Positions 1 through 9,992 are shown, counted from the first letter of the stretch. The stretch is 64,000 nt of DNA from Kosmotogaceae bacterium (GCA_046483075.1 JAWODV010000042.1:70623-134622), one strand, 5' to 3'. Numbers and translations are program-made. The notes: generated by a model from the letters alone, not told the origin.

Positions 1-281
1 CTCGTTAAAAAATTGATTTGATCTGCTCTGTTTATGAAACGATGAAAAATAGCTCTCAGTTGCGACTCCCAGTAATTCGACTTTAGAAGAAAACTATCCA
101 TTCCCATTTTCATACATCGGGAATGTAGATCGCCGTCTCGTGTTAGCAATATTCTCTTCTCGTTTATAATTATTTCAATTATTTCACTTTCCTCTATTAT
201 ATTGTAATACATTGTATCAATACCAAGCATACGTAGCTTTTTTGCCAATCTACCAAGCATTCTGTCAGCAAAAAAAATCAC
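1..281 (-). CDS. Mut7-C RNase-domain (PF01927/DUF82-like) protein, 5' part only; the gene runs off the left edge
   Basis: Minus-strand translation from GTG 281 gives VIFFADRMLGRLAKKLRMLGIDTMYYN...RILLTRDGDL. This matches the D-x-MLG-[RK]-LA-x-x-LR-x-LG-x-DT opening typical of Mut7-C proteins. The GTG overlaps the rsmD stop (GTGA). It is absent from the ORF track because the window truncates it. Confidence 0.55.
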   Translation of the reverse strand, partial: MIFFADRMLGRLAKKLRMLGIDTMYYNIIEESEIIEIIINEKRILLTRDGDLHSRCMKMGMDSFLLKSNYWESQLRAIFHRFINRADQINFLT

Positions 282-838
282 TTAATCACCTTCAAAAAAT
301 TTAAAAATACACCACCATATTTCCTTTGATCAAAGAGTTTAAGATCCTCTATTTCTTTATTTTTTAGTAGGGTTGCTTCATTTTCTGAGGTCTCAATAAC
401 AACCATAGTGTTAGCAGCAATAAGTCCTTTGTACATTGTCAAATAACTAAAAAAATCATCTACATATTTCCTGTTAAAAGGGGGGTCAGCAAAAACAACA
501 TCAAAGCCGTTATTTTTCTTTTCAATACCAGCAAATGCCCTTCTAAAATCTTTACAAATAATCTCGATTTGTTTTTTTAATCCCAGTTCTAAAGCATTTT
601 TTCTAATTGTTTTGGCTGAAGTTCTTGAGCTATCCACGCAAACCACATACGAAGTTCCTCTGCTCAATGCTTCAAAGGCCACTATCCCACTGCCTGAAAA
701 AACATCGAGTAATTTTTCAGGTGCCGGAATAATGTCAAAAAGCGCCTTCCTTGCCATCTTAGGCGTGTATCTGGTGATTTTTCTACGTGTTGTACTCACA
801 TTCCTTCCTTTTTGTGTTCCGCCTGTTATTGTTAACAT
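278..838 (-). CDS. rsmD: 16S rRNA (guanine966-N2)-methyltransferase RsmD
   Basis: 186-aa ORF with SAM-binding motif I (DVFSGSGIVAFEALSRG) and the FADPPF tetrad typical of RsmD-type methyltransferases. The ATG overlaps the recG stop (TAATG). Confidence 0.85.
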   Translation of the reverse strand: MLTITGGTQKGRNVSTTRRKITRYTPKMARKALFDIIPAPEKLLDVFSGSGIVAFEALSRGTSYVVCVDSSRTSAKTIRKNALELGLKKQIEIICKDFRRAFAGIEKKNNGFDVVFADPPFNRKYVDDFFSYLTMYKGLIAANTMVVIETSENEATLLKNKEIEDLKLFDQRKYGGVFLNFLKVIK

Positions 839-3198
839 TAACTAACCTCTATCAAAGAAATTTTTTCACCAAATCTCTCTTTCACCAATTCTTTTAAATT
901 ACTATTTTCTTCTAATTTAGGGTCTTCTGCTATTGTTTTTTCAGCTTCATAACGTGCCTCGTACAATATTTTCGCATCCTTAACAATATCACCTATTTTG
1001 AATTCAGGTAAGCCATGCTGCTTAATGCCCATAAATTCACCAGGCCCACGTAGCGTTAAGTCAAGCTCCGCTACTTTAAAACCATCATTTGTGGAAGCAA
1101 ACTGTCTTAACCTTTCTACAGTTTCATCGGAAAGACTTCTGTTTATCACCAAAAAACAGTATGATGTAATAGAGCTTCTGCCAACTCTACCTCTTAACTG
1201 ATGTAATTGAGCTAATCCAAATCTTTCCGGATGCTCTATAACCATTAAAGTAGCGTTTGGAATATCTATACCTACTTCAATTACAGAAGTTGAAACCAGA
1301 ATTTTTATTTCTTTTCTTCTAAATCGAGCCATTATTTCTTTCTTCTGTTCTTCAGACATGCGCCCATGAAGCAATTCAAGCGGTATTTCGGGAAATACCT
1401 CATTCTTTAACTTTTTAGCTTCCTCCGTGGCAGCCTTCAAATCTATTACTTCCGATTCTTCAATCAACGGATAAATAAAAAATATCTGATTACCTTTGTT
1501 AACCTCTTCTCTGACAAAGTTGTATACTTCGTTAAGTTTGCTATTAATAATAAGCATTGTTTTAACCGGTTTTCTTCCCGGTGGCATTTCTTTAATAATT
1601 GAAACGTCTAAATCTCCATATGCAGTAAGAGAAAGAGTCCTTGGAATGGGGGTAGCTGTCATTACAAGCGTATCAATAACATTTCCTTTGTTCATCAATG
1701 CTTTTCTTTGTTCCACACCAAAACGGTGCTGCTCATCTACAATAACCAATCCCAGTTCTTTAAATTCAACATTTTCTTGGATTAGCGCATGCGTTCCCAC
1801 AACCACATCAATATCACCTGTTGCCAGTTGCTTCTTGATCCTATCCTGGTCGGACTTTTTCATGGATCCTATCAACAGTTCGACATTAATGCCGTATTTT
1901 GTAAGCTCACTGGAAAGCCGATCATAGTGCTGGGAAGCCAGAACTGATGTGGGAACCATGAACGCACTTTGATATCCCGCTTCAAAATTATCGATTATTG
2001 CCATCTCTGCCAGAACCGTTTTTCCCGAACCAACATCTCCCTGCAGTAGCCTGTTCATAGGTTGTTCAGAAACTAAATCGGTTCGAATCTCCTGAAATGC
2101 TTTCTTCTGATCATTGGTTAGTTCGAAAGGAAGTTCTTTACAAAATGAAGAAACCAATTTTTCTTCGATACTCTTTTTTATTCCTCCACGATCAATTTTT
2201 AGTTTTTCTCGATTAAACAACAGTGCGATTTCAAAAAGATAAAATTCCTCAAATACCAATCTTTCTCTACTTTTTCGCACCTCGTAAAAACTCTTTGGAT
2301 AATGTATTCCCTGCATAGCATGAACAATATTCAATAAATTTCTTTTATTTTTAAGGTTTTCTGGCAGAAAATCATGAAAAAGTCGTGATGCTCCTAAATT
2401 ATTCTTTAGAATCCTTCTTATCATTTTTTGAGAAATTCCAGAGGTAGTACTGTAAACAGGAACAATTTCTCTTGGAGGAGTCCCATTAATTTCTTCAATT
2501 TCTGGTGAATTCATCTCATATGGGCCAAAAGCATTTTTTTTAGCAGTACCAGTTACTATATACTCACTCTCTTTTTTCAACTGACCAATAATATAATCTT
2601 GATTGAACCATTTTAGTAAGATTTGACCAAAACCATCAGAGACAACAGCGGTGATTATCGAATATCCTTTTACCTTTTTTTTAGAGTAATTAAGCAGTTT
2701 AACTTGAACAGTACATTTTTTTTCGGGAATTATCGATGATAACGGAATGATCTTCCTTCTATCTTCATAATCCCTGGGAAACCACCATAGAAGGTCTTCA
2801 ATAGTATAAATTCCCATTTTATTGAGTATTTTTGAACGTCTTTCTCCTACATTTTTGGCAAATTTAACCTTTGTTTCAAGAGTAATGTTTTCTGTTCTTG
2901 ACAATATTAGTTCATCTTCAGTTTTTAAAAGGAACTGCTTCCTCAATTTATTGATCATTCTCTTTCCATTTTCTACGCGCACTTTTTGTCTTTCAGGAGA
3001 TAACTTGTGGATCACAATAAGGTATTTTAAAAAACTTCTAAGAAATTTATGTAAATCATTGAATCCTTTTAGCTCTTCTTTGTCAAGCAAATTGGCGTAT
3101 CTTTTAATTTCTCCAGTTAATTTTGGAGACTCAATGTCTCCATTTTCATAATCCCGGAGTAAGGTTTCACAACTGTCAATAAAATCCTCGAAGATCAT
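838..3198 (-). CDS. recG: ATP-dependent DNA helicase RecG
   Basis: 786 aa with SF2 motifs GDVGSGKT, VDEQHRFG and QLRGRVGR. It has a wedge/OB region and a long N-terminal extension like Thermotoga RecG. An AGGAGG lies 9 nt upstream of the ATG. Confidence 0.95.
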   Translation of the reverse strand: MIFEDFIDSCETLLRDYENGDIESPKLTGEIKRYANLLDKEELKGFNDLHKFLRSFLKYLIVIHKLSPERQKVRVENGKRMINKLRKQFLLKTEDELILSRTENITLETKVKFAKNVGERRSKILNKMGIYTIEDLLWWFPRDYEDRRKIIPLSSIIPEKKCTVQVKLLNYSKKKVKGYSIITAVVSDGFGQILLKWFNQDYIIGQLKKESEYIVTGTAKKNAFGPYEMNSPEIEEINGTPPREIVPVYSTTSGISQKMIRRILKNNLGASRLFHDFLPENLKNKRNLLNIVHAMQGIHYPKSFYEVRKSRERLVFEEFYLFEIALLFNREKLKIDRGGIKKSIEEKLVSSFCKELPFELTNDQKKAFQEIRTDLVSEQPMNRLLQGDVGSGKTVLAEMAIIDNFEAGYQSAFMVPTSVLASQHYDRLSSELTKYGINVELLIGSMKKSDQDRIKKQLATGDIDVVVGTHALIQENVEFKELGLVIVDEQHRFGVEQRKALMNKGNVIDTLVMTATPIPRTLSLTAYGDLDVSIIKEMPPGRKPVKTMLIINSKLNEVYNFVREEVNKGNQIFFIYPLIEESEVIDLKAATEEAKKLKNEVFPEIPLELLHGRMSEEQKKEIMARFRRKEIKILVSTSVIEVGIDIPNATLMVIEHPERFGLAQLHQLRGRVGRSSITSYCFLVINRSLSDETVERLRQFASTNDGFKVAELDLTLRGPGEFMGIKQHGLPEFKIGDIVKDAKILYEARYEAEKTIAEDPKLEENSNLKELVKERFGEKISLIEVS

Positions 3199-3525
3199 TT
3201 ACTGTTGCCTCCTGGTAATCTTTTCATGGATCCCATGTCCTTCCAAAGAAACATACCAGTTTCCATTCTCTTTAAATGACTTTAAAAGGTATCCATTGAG
3301 TTCAGTTTCAATATTGATTTCATTTTCTATGGAGAATTCCAGCATTTTCTCGGCTGAAACTATTGTGGCTCTTTTTATTGAAGCATTCAAAAAAGATTCA
3401 GCAATTCTATTTGTTTGTGAAATCACTGAAATCATATGAAAGGACATAACAGTAGAAACAGCAATTATAAGGATGACAGTCACCAGTAAAACACCGGTTC
3501 CTTCATTTCTCTTCAGTTTCGACAT
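3199..3525 (-). CDS. Small N-terminally membrane-anchored protein of unknown function
   Basis: 108-aa ORF packed exactly between hpt and recG; its stop abuts the recG ATG. One hydrophobic helix (GVLLVTVILIIAVSTVM) follows a basic N-terminus. The start is uncertain: the SD is poor and the ORF overlaps the hpt 3' end by 23 nt. Confidence 0.45.
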   Translation of the reverse strand: MSKLKRNEGTGVLLVTVILIIAVSTVMSFHMISVISQTNRIAESFLNASIKRATIVSAEKMLEFSIENEINIETELNGYLLKSFKENGNWYVSLEGHGIHEKITRRQQ

Positions 3526-4069
3526 ATCCTACAAAAGGCAGATTTCTGTAAAGTTCGTCATAGTCAAGACCATAACCTATTATAAATTTGTCTCCTATTC
3601 TCTCACCAACAAAATCAATATTCACTCCATGGTCATGAATTGTCTTCTCAAATAATGAAACTAATTTTACGGTTGCAGGCTTTTGCTTCCAAATATAATT
3701 CATAATGTATCGTAATGTGTTTCCGGTATCCACAATGTCTTCGATCAGAAGAACATGTCTGCCAGTGAGTGATTCATCCACCCAAGTTTTTACTCTTATC
3801 TTGCCTGTGCTTTTTTCTCCAGCGTAACTCGATACATGAACGAAATTATATCTAACATTCATATCCAGTCTTTTTAGCAGGTCGCTGTAAAAATGTATCG
3901 AGCCTTTCAGAATACATATTGCCATAATTTCATCTGTTATTGGCTTATAAAAGCTCATAATTTTACTTGCAAGCCTGTTCACTATTTTTTCAATCTTTTC
4001 TTCCGAATATAGCATTTTGAGTTTGGATAGTTCTATCACTCTTTCACACCTCTTTTTCTCAAAACTCAT
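3503..4069 (-). CDS. hpt: Hypoxanthine-guanine phosphoribosyltransferase
   Basis: 188 aa with the PRPP-binding loop VLLIEDIVDTGNTL and a length and layout typical of 6-oxopurine PRTases. Confidence 0.9.
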   Translation of the reverse strand: MSFEKKRCERVIELSKLKMLYSEEKIEKIVNRLASKIMSFYKPITDEIMAICILKGSIHFYSDLLKRLDMNVRYNFVHVSSYAGEKSTGKIRVKTWVDESLTGRHVLLIEDIVDTGNTLRYIMNYIWKQKPATVKLVSLFEKTIHDHGVNIDFVGERIGDKFIIGYGLDYDELYRNLPFVGYVETEEK

Positions 4070-4254
4070 GTGAATATATCAATTCTTGATAAGTAGCGAA
4101 TAATTGATTGAAGTTCTTGAAACAAAGTGAATTTACCAGTATTATAACACTTGTAATACATATATAAACTACAAAATTCACATTTTAAAAATTATCATAT
4201 AATTGATTTTGATATTTTTATCAAAGGAGGTGAATAATTATTGATGTAAGAAAA

Positions 4255-5172
4255 ATGACTATGAAGTATTTTATTTATCCAAGATATAAAAAATTACCCA
4301 TAAATTTGAAAAAAATATTTCCAGAACGAAATCAGTTCTTCTTAGAGATTGGTTTTGGCAATGGAGATTTTTTAATAGAAAAAGCTCTTTCAAATCCAAA
4401 AGCTGCATTCATAGGTATAGAACTTTCGTTGACTTCGGTGACAAAATTACTTAAAAAAATCAAAGAGCTTAATACTGATAACATCGCTGTTATAATGTGC
4501 GATGCAAAATTTGCGGTTAGAGAGTTTTTTGATGAAAATCTTGATGGAATATTCGTGAATTTTCCCTGTCCCTGGCCAAAGAAAAGACATTCCCAAAGAA
4601 GGCTTAACGATATTAGCTTTGTTGTGGGGCTACTATCGGCACTTAATAAAGAAGGATTTATAAGCGTATATTCCGATCACTTTAATTATATTAATAGATT
4701 TAAGGACAGTATAGAAGAGTTTGATTGTTTTACCAATATAAACCTTAAGACAAATCCACCGATGATAAATACAAAATACGAGAAAAAATGGAGAAATCAA
4801 AAGAAGAATATCTTTCACCTATCGGCAATCAAAAACTTAAACAAAGCTGTTTCAAAAATAGCAGGAGGTGAAGAAATGCCTCACGTTCATCTGGAAGAAT
4901 TTAGCAGTGACCGATTAAAAGACGTTTTGGACAAAACATTTGAAGAAGGTGAGATTTTTTTCAAATATATCGAGTTATTTCAAAGCTTTAACGACAATAA
5001 ATATTTGCTTCAAACCATAACAGTGGACGATGACTTTGAGCAAAGGTTTTTTATAATAATAAGAAAGAGATCCAATGATAAATGGTTAATATCATTGGAC
5101 AGCTATGGTTTACCCTTCAGAACGCCCTCGGTTAAAAAAGCTGTTTATTACCTGGGAGAGATGCAAAAGTGA
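4255..5172 (+). CDS. trmB: tRNA (guanine46-N7)-methyltransferase TrmB with a C-terminal extension of about 110 aa
   Basis: 305 aa with SAM motif LEIGFGNGDFL and the TrmB signature FPCPWPKKRHSQRRL. The C-terminal third has no motif I recognise. The start context is unusual (see findings). Confidence 0.8.
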   Translation: MTMKYFIYPRYKKLPINLKKIFPERNQFFLEIGFGNGDFLIEKALSNPKAAFIGIELSLTSVTKLLKKIKELNTDNIAVIMCDAKFAVREFFDENLDGIFVNFPCPWPKKRHSQRRLNDISFVVGLLSALNKEGFISVYSDHFNYINRFKDSIEEFDCFTNINLKTNPPMINTKYEKKWRNQKKNIFHLSAIKNLNKAVSKIAGGEEMPHVHLEEFSSDRLKDVLDKTFEEGEIFFKYIELFQSFNDNKYLLQTITVDDDFEQRFFIIIRKRSNDKWLISLDSYGLPFRTPSVKKAVYYLGEMQK

Positions 5173-6092
5173 TTGCAGTCATGGGTGCGGGAAGTTGAGG
5201 TAGTGCAATATCTAAAGTCCTTGCTGATAGTGGGAATGATATTCTTTTTGGGGTAGAAGTGAAAAAGCAAAATCTTTACTCGAAAGCATGCGTCAAAGCA
5301 ATTATATCCAAAGTTTTTATTTCTCAGATAAAATTCAATTTAGTTTAGACATTAATGAAGTGATTGATCAGTGTGAGATAATTTTCAATGCTGTGCCTGT
5401 TCAGTATATAAGCGAAGTTTTCAACAAGATAGATTTGTTTAGTAAAATTACTGTAAATCTATCCAAAGGAATAGAAATAACCTCACTTAAACGAACTTCT
5501 CAAATTTTCAGAGAAAAAATGTTCTGAATTATACAATTATGATAGTCCCAGTTATTCTGAAGAAGCCTCAAAATGCATTCCAACAAGCGCTGTTATGGCT
5601 TCTGCCAATATTAAGACTGCAAAAATGATTAGAGTTTTTTTAAAGTTGACTATTTTCGTGTTTATAGCTCCGGAGACGTTATCAGAACAGAGTTAGCTGG
5701 AGCACAAAAAAATGTTTTTGCAGTTGCAGCTGGAATTATTGATGGAATGGGTGGTTGGTTCAATACTAAAACAGTATTGATAACCAGATCTAATTGCTGA
5801 AACAAAGATCGGGATGAAATTCAATGCAGATAAAATGACCTTCTTGAGACTTGCGGGAATTGGAAAACTTGTTGTAACCTGTACTAGAAAATACAGCAGA
5901 AATCGTTATGTAGGCCAAAAAATTGCTGAAGGCGCATTTACATCTAAAGCTATGCACAGGATGTCTATAGAAAATCAAATAGAACTAACCATCCCTAGCG
6001 AAGTTTACAAAGTGTTATACGAAAATAAACCACCAGAAAAGGTTCTAAATTCTTTAATGAAAAGATGGCAAAAGGATGAATCTTCTTTTTGA
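5169..6092 (+). pseudogene. gpsA: Decayed NAD(P)H-dependent glycerol-3-phosphate dehydrogenase gene (gpsA)
   Basis: GpsA-like segments occur in alternating frames: VIAVMGAGS*GSAISKVLADSGNDILF / WGRSEKAK...NAVPVQYISEVF...LSKGIE / SPSYSEEASKCIPTSAVMASAN / YFRVYSSGDVIRTELAGAQKNVFAVAAGIIDGMG / IAETKIGMKFNADKMTFLRLAGIGKLVVTCTRKYSRNRYVGQKIAEG...VYKVLYENKPP. There is one in-frame TGA at the Trp of GAGSWG and four frame changes. Confidence 0.8.
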
Positions 6093-6095
6093 TTT

Positions 6096-7442
6096 CTACG
6101 AAGCTGCTGACGCAGCCATAACCTTTTCAATTATACTATTAACAATATTAGTAACAGTTGAATCATCATTAGAGGAAATTGATTTTTCTATCTTTTTTAA
6201 TGAATGGATTACAGTTGAATGAGTTCTGTTTATTAACTTACCAATCTCGGTTATTGATCTTCCAAATTCACTCTTAAGGATATAGATTAATATCTGTCTG
6301 GCAAGTACGACATCTTTTATACGGCTTTTTCCGAAAATCTTTTCTCTTTCGACGTTGAGTAAATTCTCAATTGTACTTATAATCAACTCAAGTTCATCCT
6401 TCCTTTTAGACGAACTCATCTGAGGAACATAGGAAGCCAATACCTTTTGTGCAAGGGAAATATCTGAATCTCTACCATAGATACTACTATATAAGATTAG
6501 CTTGATTATCGCTCCTCTTAAACGTCTAACATTAGCTCTAATATTTTCTGCAAGCATCGTTGTGATTTCATCAGATAAATCGTAGGATTCTCTTTTTGCC
6601 AGTCTCTTGGCTATTTGATATCTTGTTTCTCTTTCTGGAGCTGCAATTTCCATGACCATCCCCATTTGAAATCTGGAAATCATTCTTTCATGAAATCCAT
6701 CAAGTTCATTGGGGTTCCTGTCAGAGCATATAACAATTTGTTTGCCTGCGTCATGTAACTCGTTAAAGGTGTGAAAAAGCTCTGTTTGCACTCCTTCCTT
6801 TCCAATGAGAAATTGAATGTCATCGATCAAAAGCATATCGGCTTTTTTTCTATAAAGCTCACGGAAATCTTTTACAGAGCCTTTTTTAATAGATTCGATC
6901 ATGTCATTCAGAAAATGTTCACTTGTAATGTACAGAACTCTACATTCCGGATTAACCTCCATGGCTTTATGCGCTATTGCCTGTAAAATATGAGTTTTAC
7001 CAAGACCAACGCCACCATAAATAAAGAATGGGTTGTACCTTCCTGGCATTTCTGCTATTTGTCTAGAAACTGCGCAAAGCGCCCTATTTTCAGAACCAGC
7101 AACAAAACTTTCAAAGGTATATTCCGGATTCAGTTTTGATATCATTAAGGGTTTGCGTTTTACAAGAGGTCCTTTTTGTTGGCTGTCTGGCTCTACAGAA
7201 GGATCACTATTTTCTTTTTCATAGCGTATTTCAAATCCAAGAGATTTTCCTGTTGCTTTCTTTATTGATTCAGTAATTAACAAACCATATTTTGTCTGCA
7301 ACCAGTCTTTAATGAAGAGATTCTCAACAGTAAAAATTACTTTCTCTTCATTAATTTCTTTTATACTAAAAGTGGTAAACCAATTATTCCAAATTTTTTT
7401 CGATACTTTATTTTTCAGAATATTAATTATCTTATGTGACAC
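6096..7442 (-). CDS. dnaA: Chromosomal replication initiator protein DnaA
   Basis: 448 aa with AAA+ Walker A GGVGLGKTHIL, Walker B LLIDDIQF and a C-terminal DnaA-box-binding HTH (INRTHSTVIHSLKKIE). Confidence 0.95.
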   Translation of the reverse strand: MSHKIINILKNKVSKKIWNNWFTTFSIKEINEEKVIFTVENLFIKDWLQTKYGLLITESIKKATGKSLGFEIRYEKENSDPSVEPDSQQKGPLVKRKPLMISKLNPEYTFESFVAGSENRALCAVSRQIAEMPGRYNPFFIYGGVGLGKTHILQAIAHKAMEVNPECRVLYITSEHFLNDMIESIKKGSVKDFRELYRKKADMLLIDDIQFLIGKEGVQTELFHTFNELHDAGKQIVICSDRNPNELDGFHERMISRFQMGMVMEIAAPERETRYQIAKRLAKRESYDLSDEITTMLAENIRANVRRLRGAIIKLILYSSIYGRDSDISLAQKVLASYVPQMSSSKRKDELELIISTIENLLNVEREKIFGKSRIKDVVLARQILIYILKSEFGRSITEIGKLINRTHSTVIHSLKKIEKSISSNDDSTVTNIVNSIIEKVMAASAAS

Positions 7443-7660
7443 ATTTACCTCCAGGAAGAATTACTGAATAATTTCAGTCTCCCTAACTAGAAAAAAATAG
7501 CGTTTTTCAATTGTGTTTTTTGTGTTTCCCATAAATAAACATCTTTAGAAAAGTAAACAACCCTTCGAAGACCGCTAGAAAAATAAGAAGTAAATGAAGC
7601 TGCTTATAATAATAGCAAATTTTTTGGTTCTATCAAATAGACAAATTCTGTGTGCCACTA

Positions 7661-7690
7661 TAAAAAGGGGTGAACCTTTCGGTCCACCCC
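7661..7690 (-). terminator. Rho-independent terminator downstream of the ferredoxin gene
   Basis: The minus-strand RNA reads GGGGUGGACC-GAAA-GGUUCACCCC, a 10-bp stem with one G-U pair and a GAAA loop, followed by UUUUUAU. Confidence 0.7.
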
Positions 7691-7716
7691 TAGATACCTG
7701 TGTGAAAATCTTGTTA

Positions 7717-7926
<210 letters not shown>

Positions 7927-8847
7927 TTAAAGTTTTTTACCAACTTCTATAAGTTTTTTTGCCATTTCAATTCCTACACGAACCTGACCTTCTACTGTGC
8001 TTGCCCCTATATGAGGTGTTGCAATCACATTATCCAGTCCAAGAAGCTTTCTTCGAAGTTCGTCATTGGGTGGCTCCACTTCAAATACATCAAGAGCAGC
8101 AGCTTTTACCTTCTCGGAGATAATTGCGTCGTATAGAGCCTGTTCGTCAAGAACGCCACCCCTTGCAGCATTAATAACAAGCGCACCGTCCTTTATTAGA
8201 TCGAGTTCCTTCTTGCTTATTATATGCTTTGTCTTATTGTTAAGAGGTACATGTAAACTAAGCACATCAACTTCAGGCAGCATTGCTTCGATATCTTCAC
8301 ATAACTTAATATCCATATCAGTACTCTCTACGTATGGGTCGTAGACTATAATATTCATTCCAAAAGCAAGTGCCCTTTTCGCCACTTCTTTTCCGATAGC
8401 TCCATAACCTATTAAACCAAGTGTCTTTCCATATATTTCGTTTCCCTTTAACTTTTTCTTCTCCCACAAGTTCTCTTTTAATCCGGCAGTTCCTCTGGGA
8501 ATATGTCTTACAAGTGATAAGAGCAAACCCATGGTTAGCTCAGCAACTGAAATCGCATTTGCTCCAGGTGTATTGTAAACCTGAATACCGAGTTTCTTTG
8601 CAGTTTCAACATCAACATTATCCAGACCAACGCCTGCACGCCCTACTACTTTAAGTTCTTTTCCTGCTGATAGTACATCAGCTGTAACTTTTGTTGCACT
8701 TCTTACTACAAGAAATTCTATACCTTCCAGGTTTTTCTTCAGCTCTTCTTTATCATAATGACCTGTTGTTATTTCAAAAATTTCCGAATCTTCCAGAAGT
8801 TTCATTGCATCTTCTGCAAGAGAGTCATTTGCATGAAGCCTATACAT
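7927..8847 (-). CDS. serA: D-3-phosphoglycerate dehydrogenase / 2-hydroxyacid dehydrogenase (short form without an ACT domain)
   Basis: 306 aa with NAD Rossmann motif GLIGYGAIGKEVA and the D-isomer-specific 2-hydroxyacid dehydrogenase catalytic block (NAARGG...PHIGAST). Confidence 0.8.
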   Translation of the reverse strand: MYRLHANDSLAEDAMKLLEDSEIFEITTGHYDKEELKKNLEGIEFLVVRSATKVTADVLSAGKELKVVGRAGVGLDNVDVETAKKLGIQVYNTPGANAISVAELTMGLLLSLVRHIPRGTAGLKENLWEKKKLKGNEIYGKTLGLIGYGAIGKEVAKRALAFGMNIIVYDPYVESTDMDIKLCEDIEAMLPEVDVLSLHVPLNNKTKHIISKKELDLIKDGALVINAARGGVLDEQALYDAIISEKVKAAALDVFEVEPPNDELRRKLLGLDNVIATPHIGASTVEGQVRVGIEMAKKLIEVGKKL

Positions 8848-8849
8848 GT

Positions 8850-9992
8850 TTAAACTCCCTCCTTGTCGAAAACCTCTTCTGCTGTTTTCACGGCTCTGCC
8901 GTACTCTACATCATATCCAAGCTTCTTGAGGACCATCTCTATTGCCGAAAGTGCAACAATCACATCAAACTTAGATAGATATCCAAGATGAGAGACTCTA
9001 AATATCTTTCCCTTCATATCAGCCTGTCCACCAGCAATTGTAACACCATAATCATCTCTCATCATCGAAACCAGTTTTCGACCATCCACGCTTTCGGGAA
9101 CTTTTACAGAAGTGAGAACATTGCCTGGATTTTTGGAAAATAGTTCCAACCCGAGAGCTTTAACTCCTTCTCTTATTGCCTCGCCAAGAATTCTGTGCCT
9201 TTCCCATACATTCTCCATGCCTTCTTCTTTGAGCATCTGAAGCGCTTTTCTTAACTGATATATCAAATTAACCGCAGGAGTATAGGGAGCAGCCTTTTTC
9301 TTATATGCTCTGGCATCAAAATAAAACCTTGATGACTCACATTTTTCAACCTTATCCCAGGCATCTGAACTAAATGATATAAATGCCAATCCAGGCGGTA
9401 TCATAAAACCTTTTTGAGCACCTGATACCACAACATCAAGATTCCATTCGTCCATTTTTAACGGCTGTGCTACCAGACCACTTATTGCATCAACTGCAAT
9501 TAGTTTTCCGTGTTTTTTGACTACCTTTGCAAATCCTTCAATATCCATTATTGTTCCTGTAGAAGTTTCACTTAATGTAGTAAATACAGCGACGACATCA
9601 GGATTTGCTTCTAGTTTTTCATCAAGTTCTTCAGGCGTTACATAATCACCATATTCAACATCAATTGAAACAACTTCCGCTTTATATGCTTTACATAATT
9701 TAACCCAGCGTTCTCCAAATTTACCTCCATTAATAACTATGACTTTATCACCAGGAGAAACAATATTTGCAACAGCCATTTCCATAGCACCTGTACCTGA
9801 TGATGAAAGAATAAAAACATCGTTCTGCGTCTGAAATACATATTTCGTCAAATCAATAGCTTCTCCCATAATCTTTTCAAATTGAGGAGTTCTATGATGT
9901 ATTATGTCACGCGCCCCTTCCAACAATAAATCTATTGGAACAGGGGTTGGACCTGGTGCCAACAGGTAATTCTTTTTAACCAATTTTGCCAA
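8850..9992 (-). CDS. Class V aminotransferase (serine-pyruvate / phosphoserine aminotransferase type)
   Basis: It has N-terminal [10 protein letters not shown] and the PLP-lysine block [16 protein letters not shown] place the start at TTG 9992, 6 nt after GGAGGTG. The GTG at 10001 listed in the track sits inside the SD itself. Confidence 0.8.
   Translation of the reverse strand: MAKLVKKNYLLAPGPTPVPIDLLLEGARDIIHHRTPQFEKIMGEAIDLTKYVFQTQNDVFILSSSGTGAMEMAVANIVSPGDKVIVINGGKFGERWVKLCKAYKAEVVSIDVEYGDYVTPEELDEKLEANPDVVAVFTTLSETSTGTIMDIEGFAKVVKKHGKLIAVDAISGLVAQPLKMDEWNLDVVVSGAQKGFMIPPGLAFISFSSDAWDKVEKCESSRFYFDARAYKKKAAPYTPAVNLIYQLRKALQMLKEEGMENVWERHRILGEAIREGVKALGLELFSKNPGNVLTSVKVPESVDGRKLVSMMRDDYGVTIAGGQADMKGKIFRVSHLGYLSKFDVIVALSAIEMVLKKLGYDVEYGRAVKTAEEVFDKEGV

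Noticed and set aside
2075-2095. A tRNA T-arm-like sequence, GGTTCGAATCTCC.
   Set aside because: It lies inside the recG reading frame in a conserved helicase region. I see no acceptor, D or anticodon stems around it, so it is a chance match.
3199-3525. The 108-aa membrane-anchored protein as a type IV pilin or pseudopilin.
   Set aside because: It lacks the G-[FY]-[ST]-L-[IL]-E prepilin cleavage/methylation motif (there is no Glu at +5) and is not near any pilus assembly gene. I left it as unknown.
5196-5198. The TGA at the conserved Trp position of GpsA could indicate TGA-to-Trp (code 4) or TGA-to-Gly (code 25) recoding.
   Set aside because: TGA cleanly terminates many well-supported genes in this window (trmB, pheT, buk2, ftsA, rsmD and others), and long ORFs match expected protein lengths under code 11. 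The same gene also has four frameshifts, so it is a nonsense mutation in a pseudogene.
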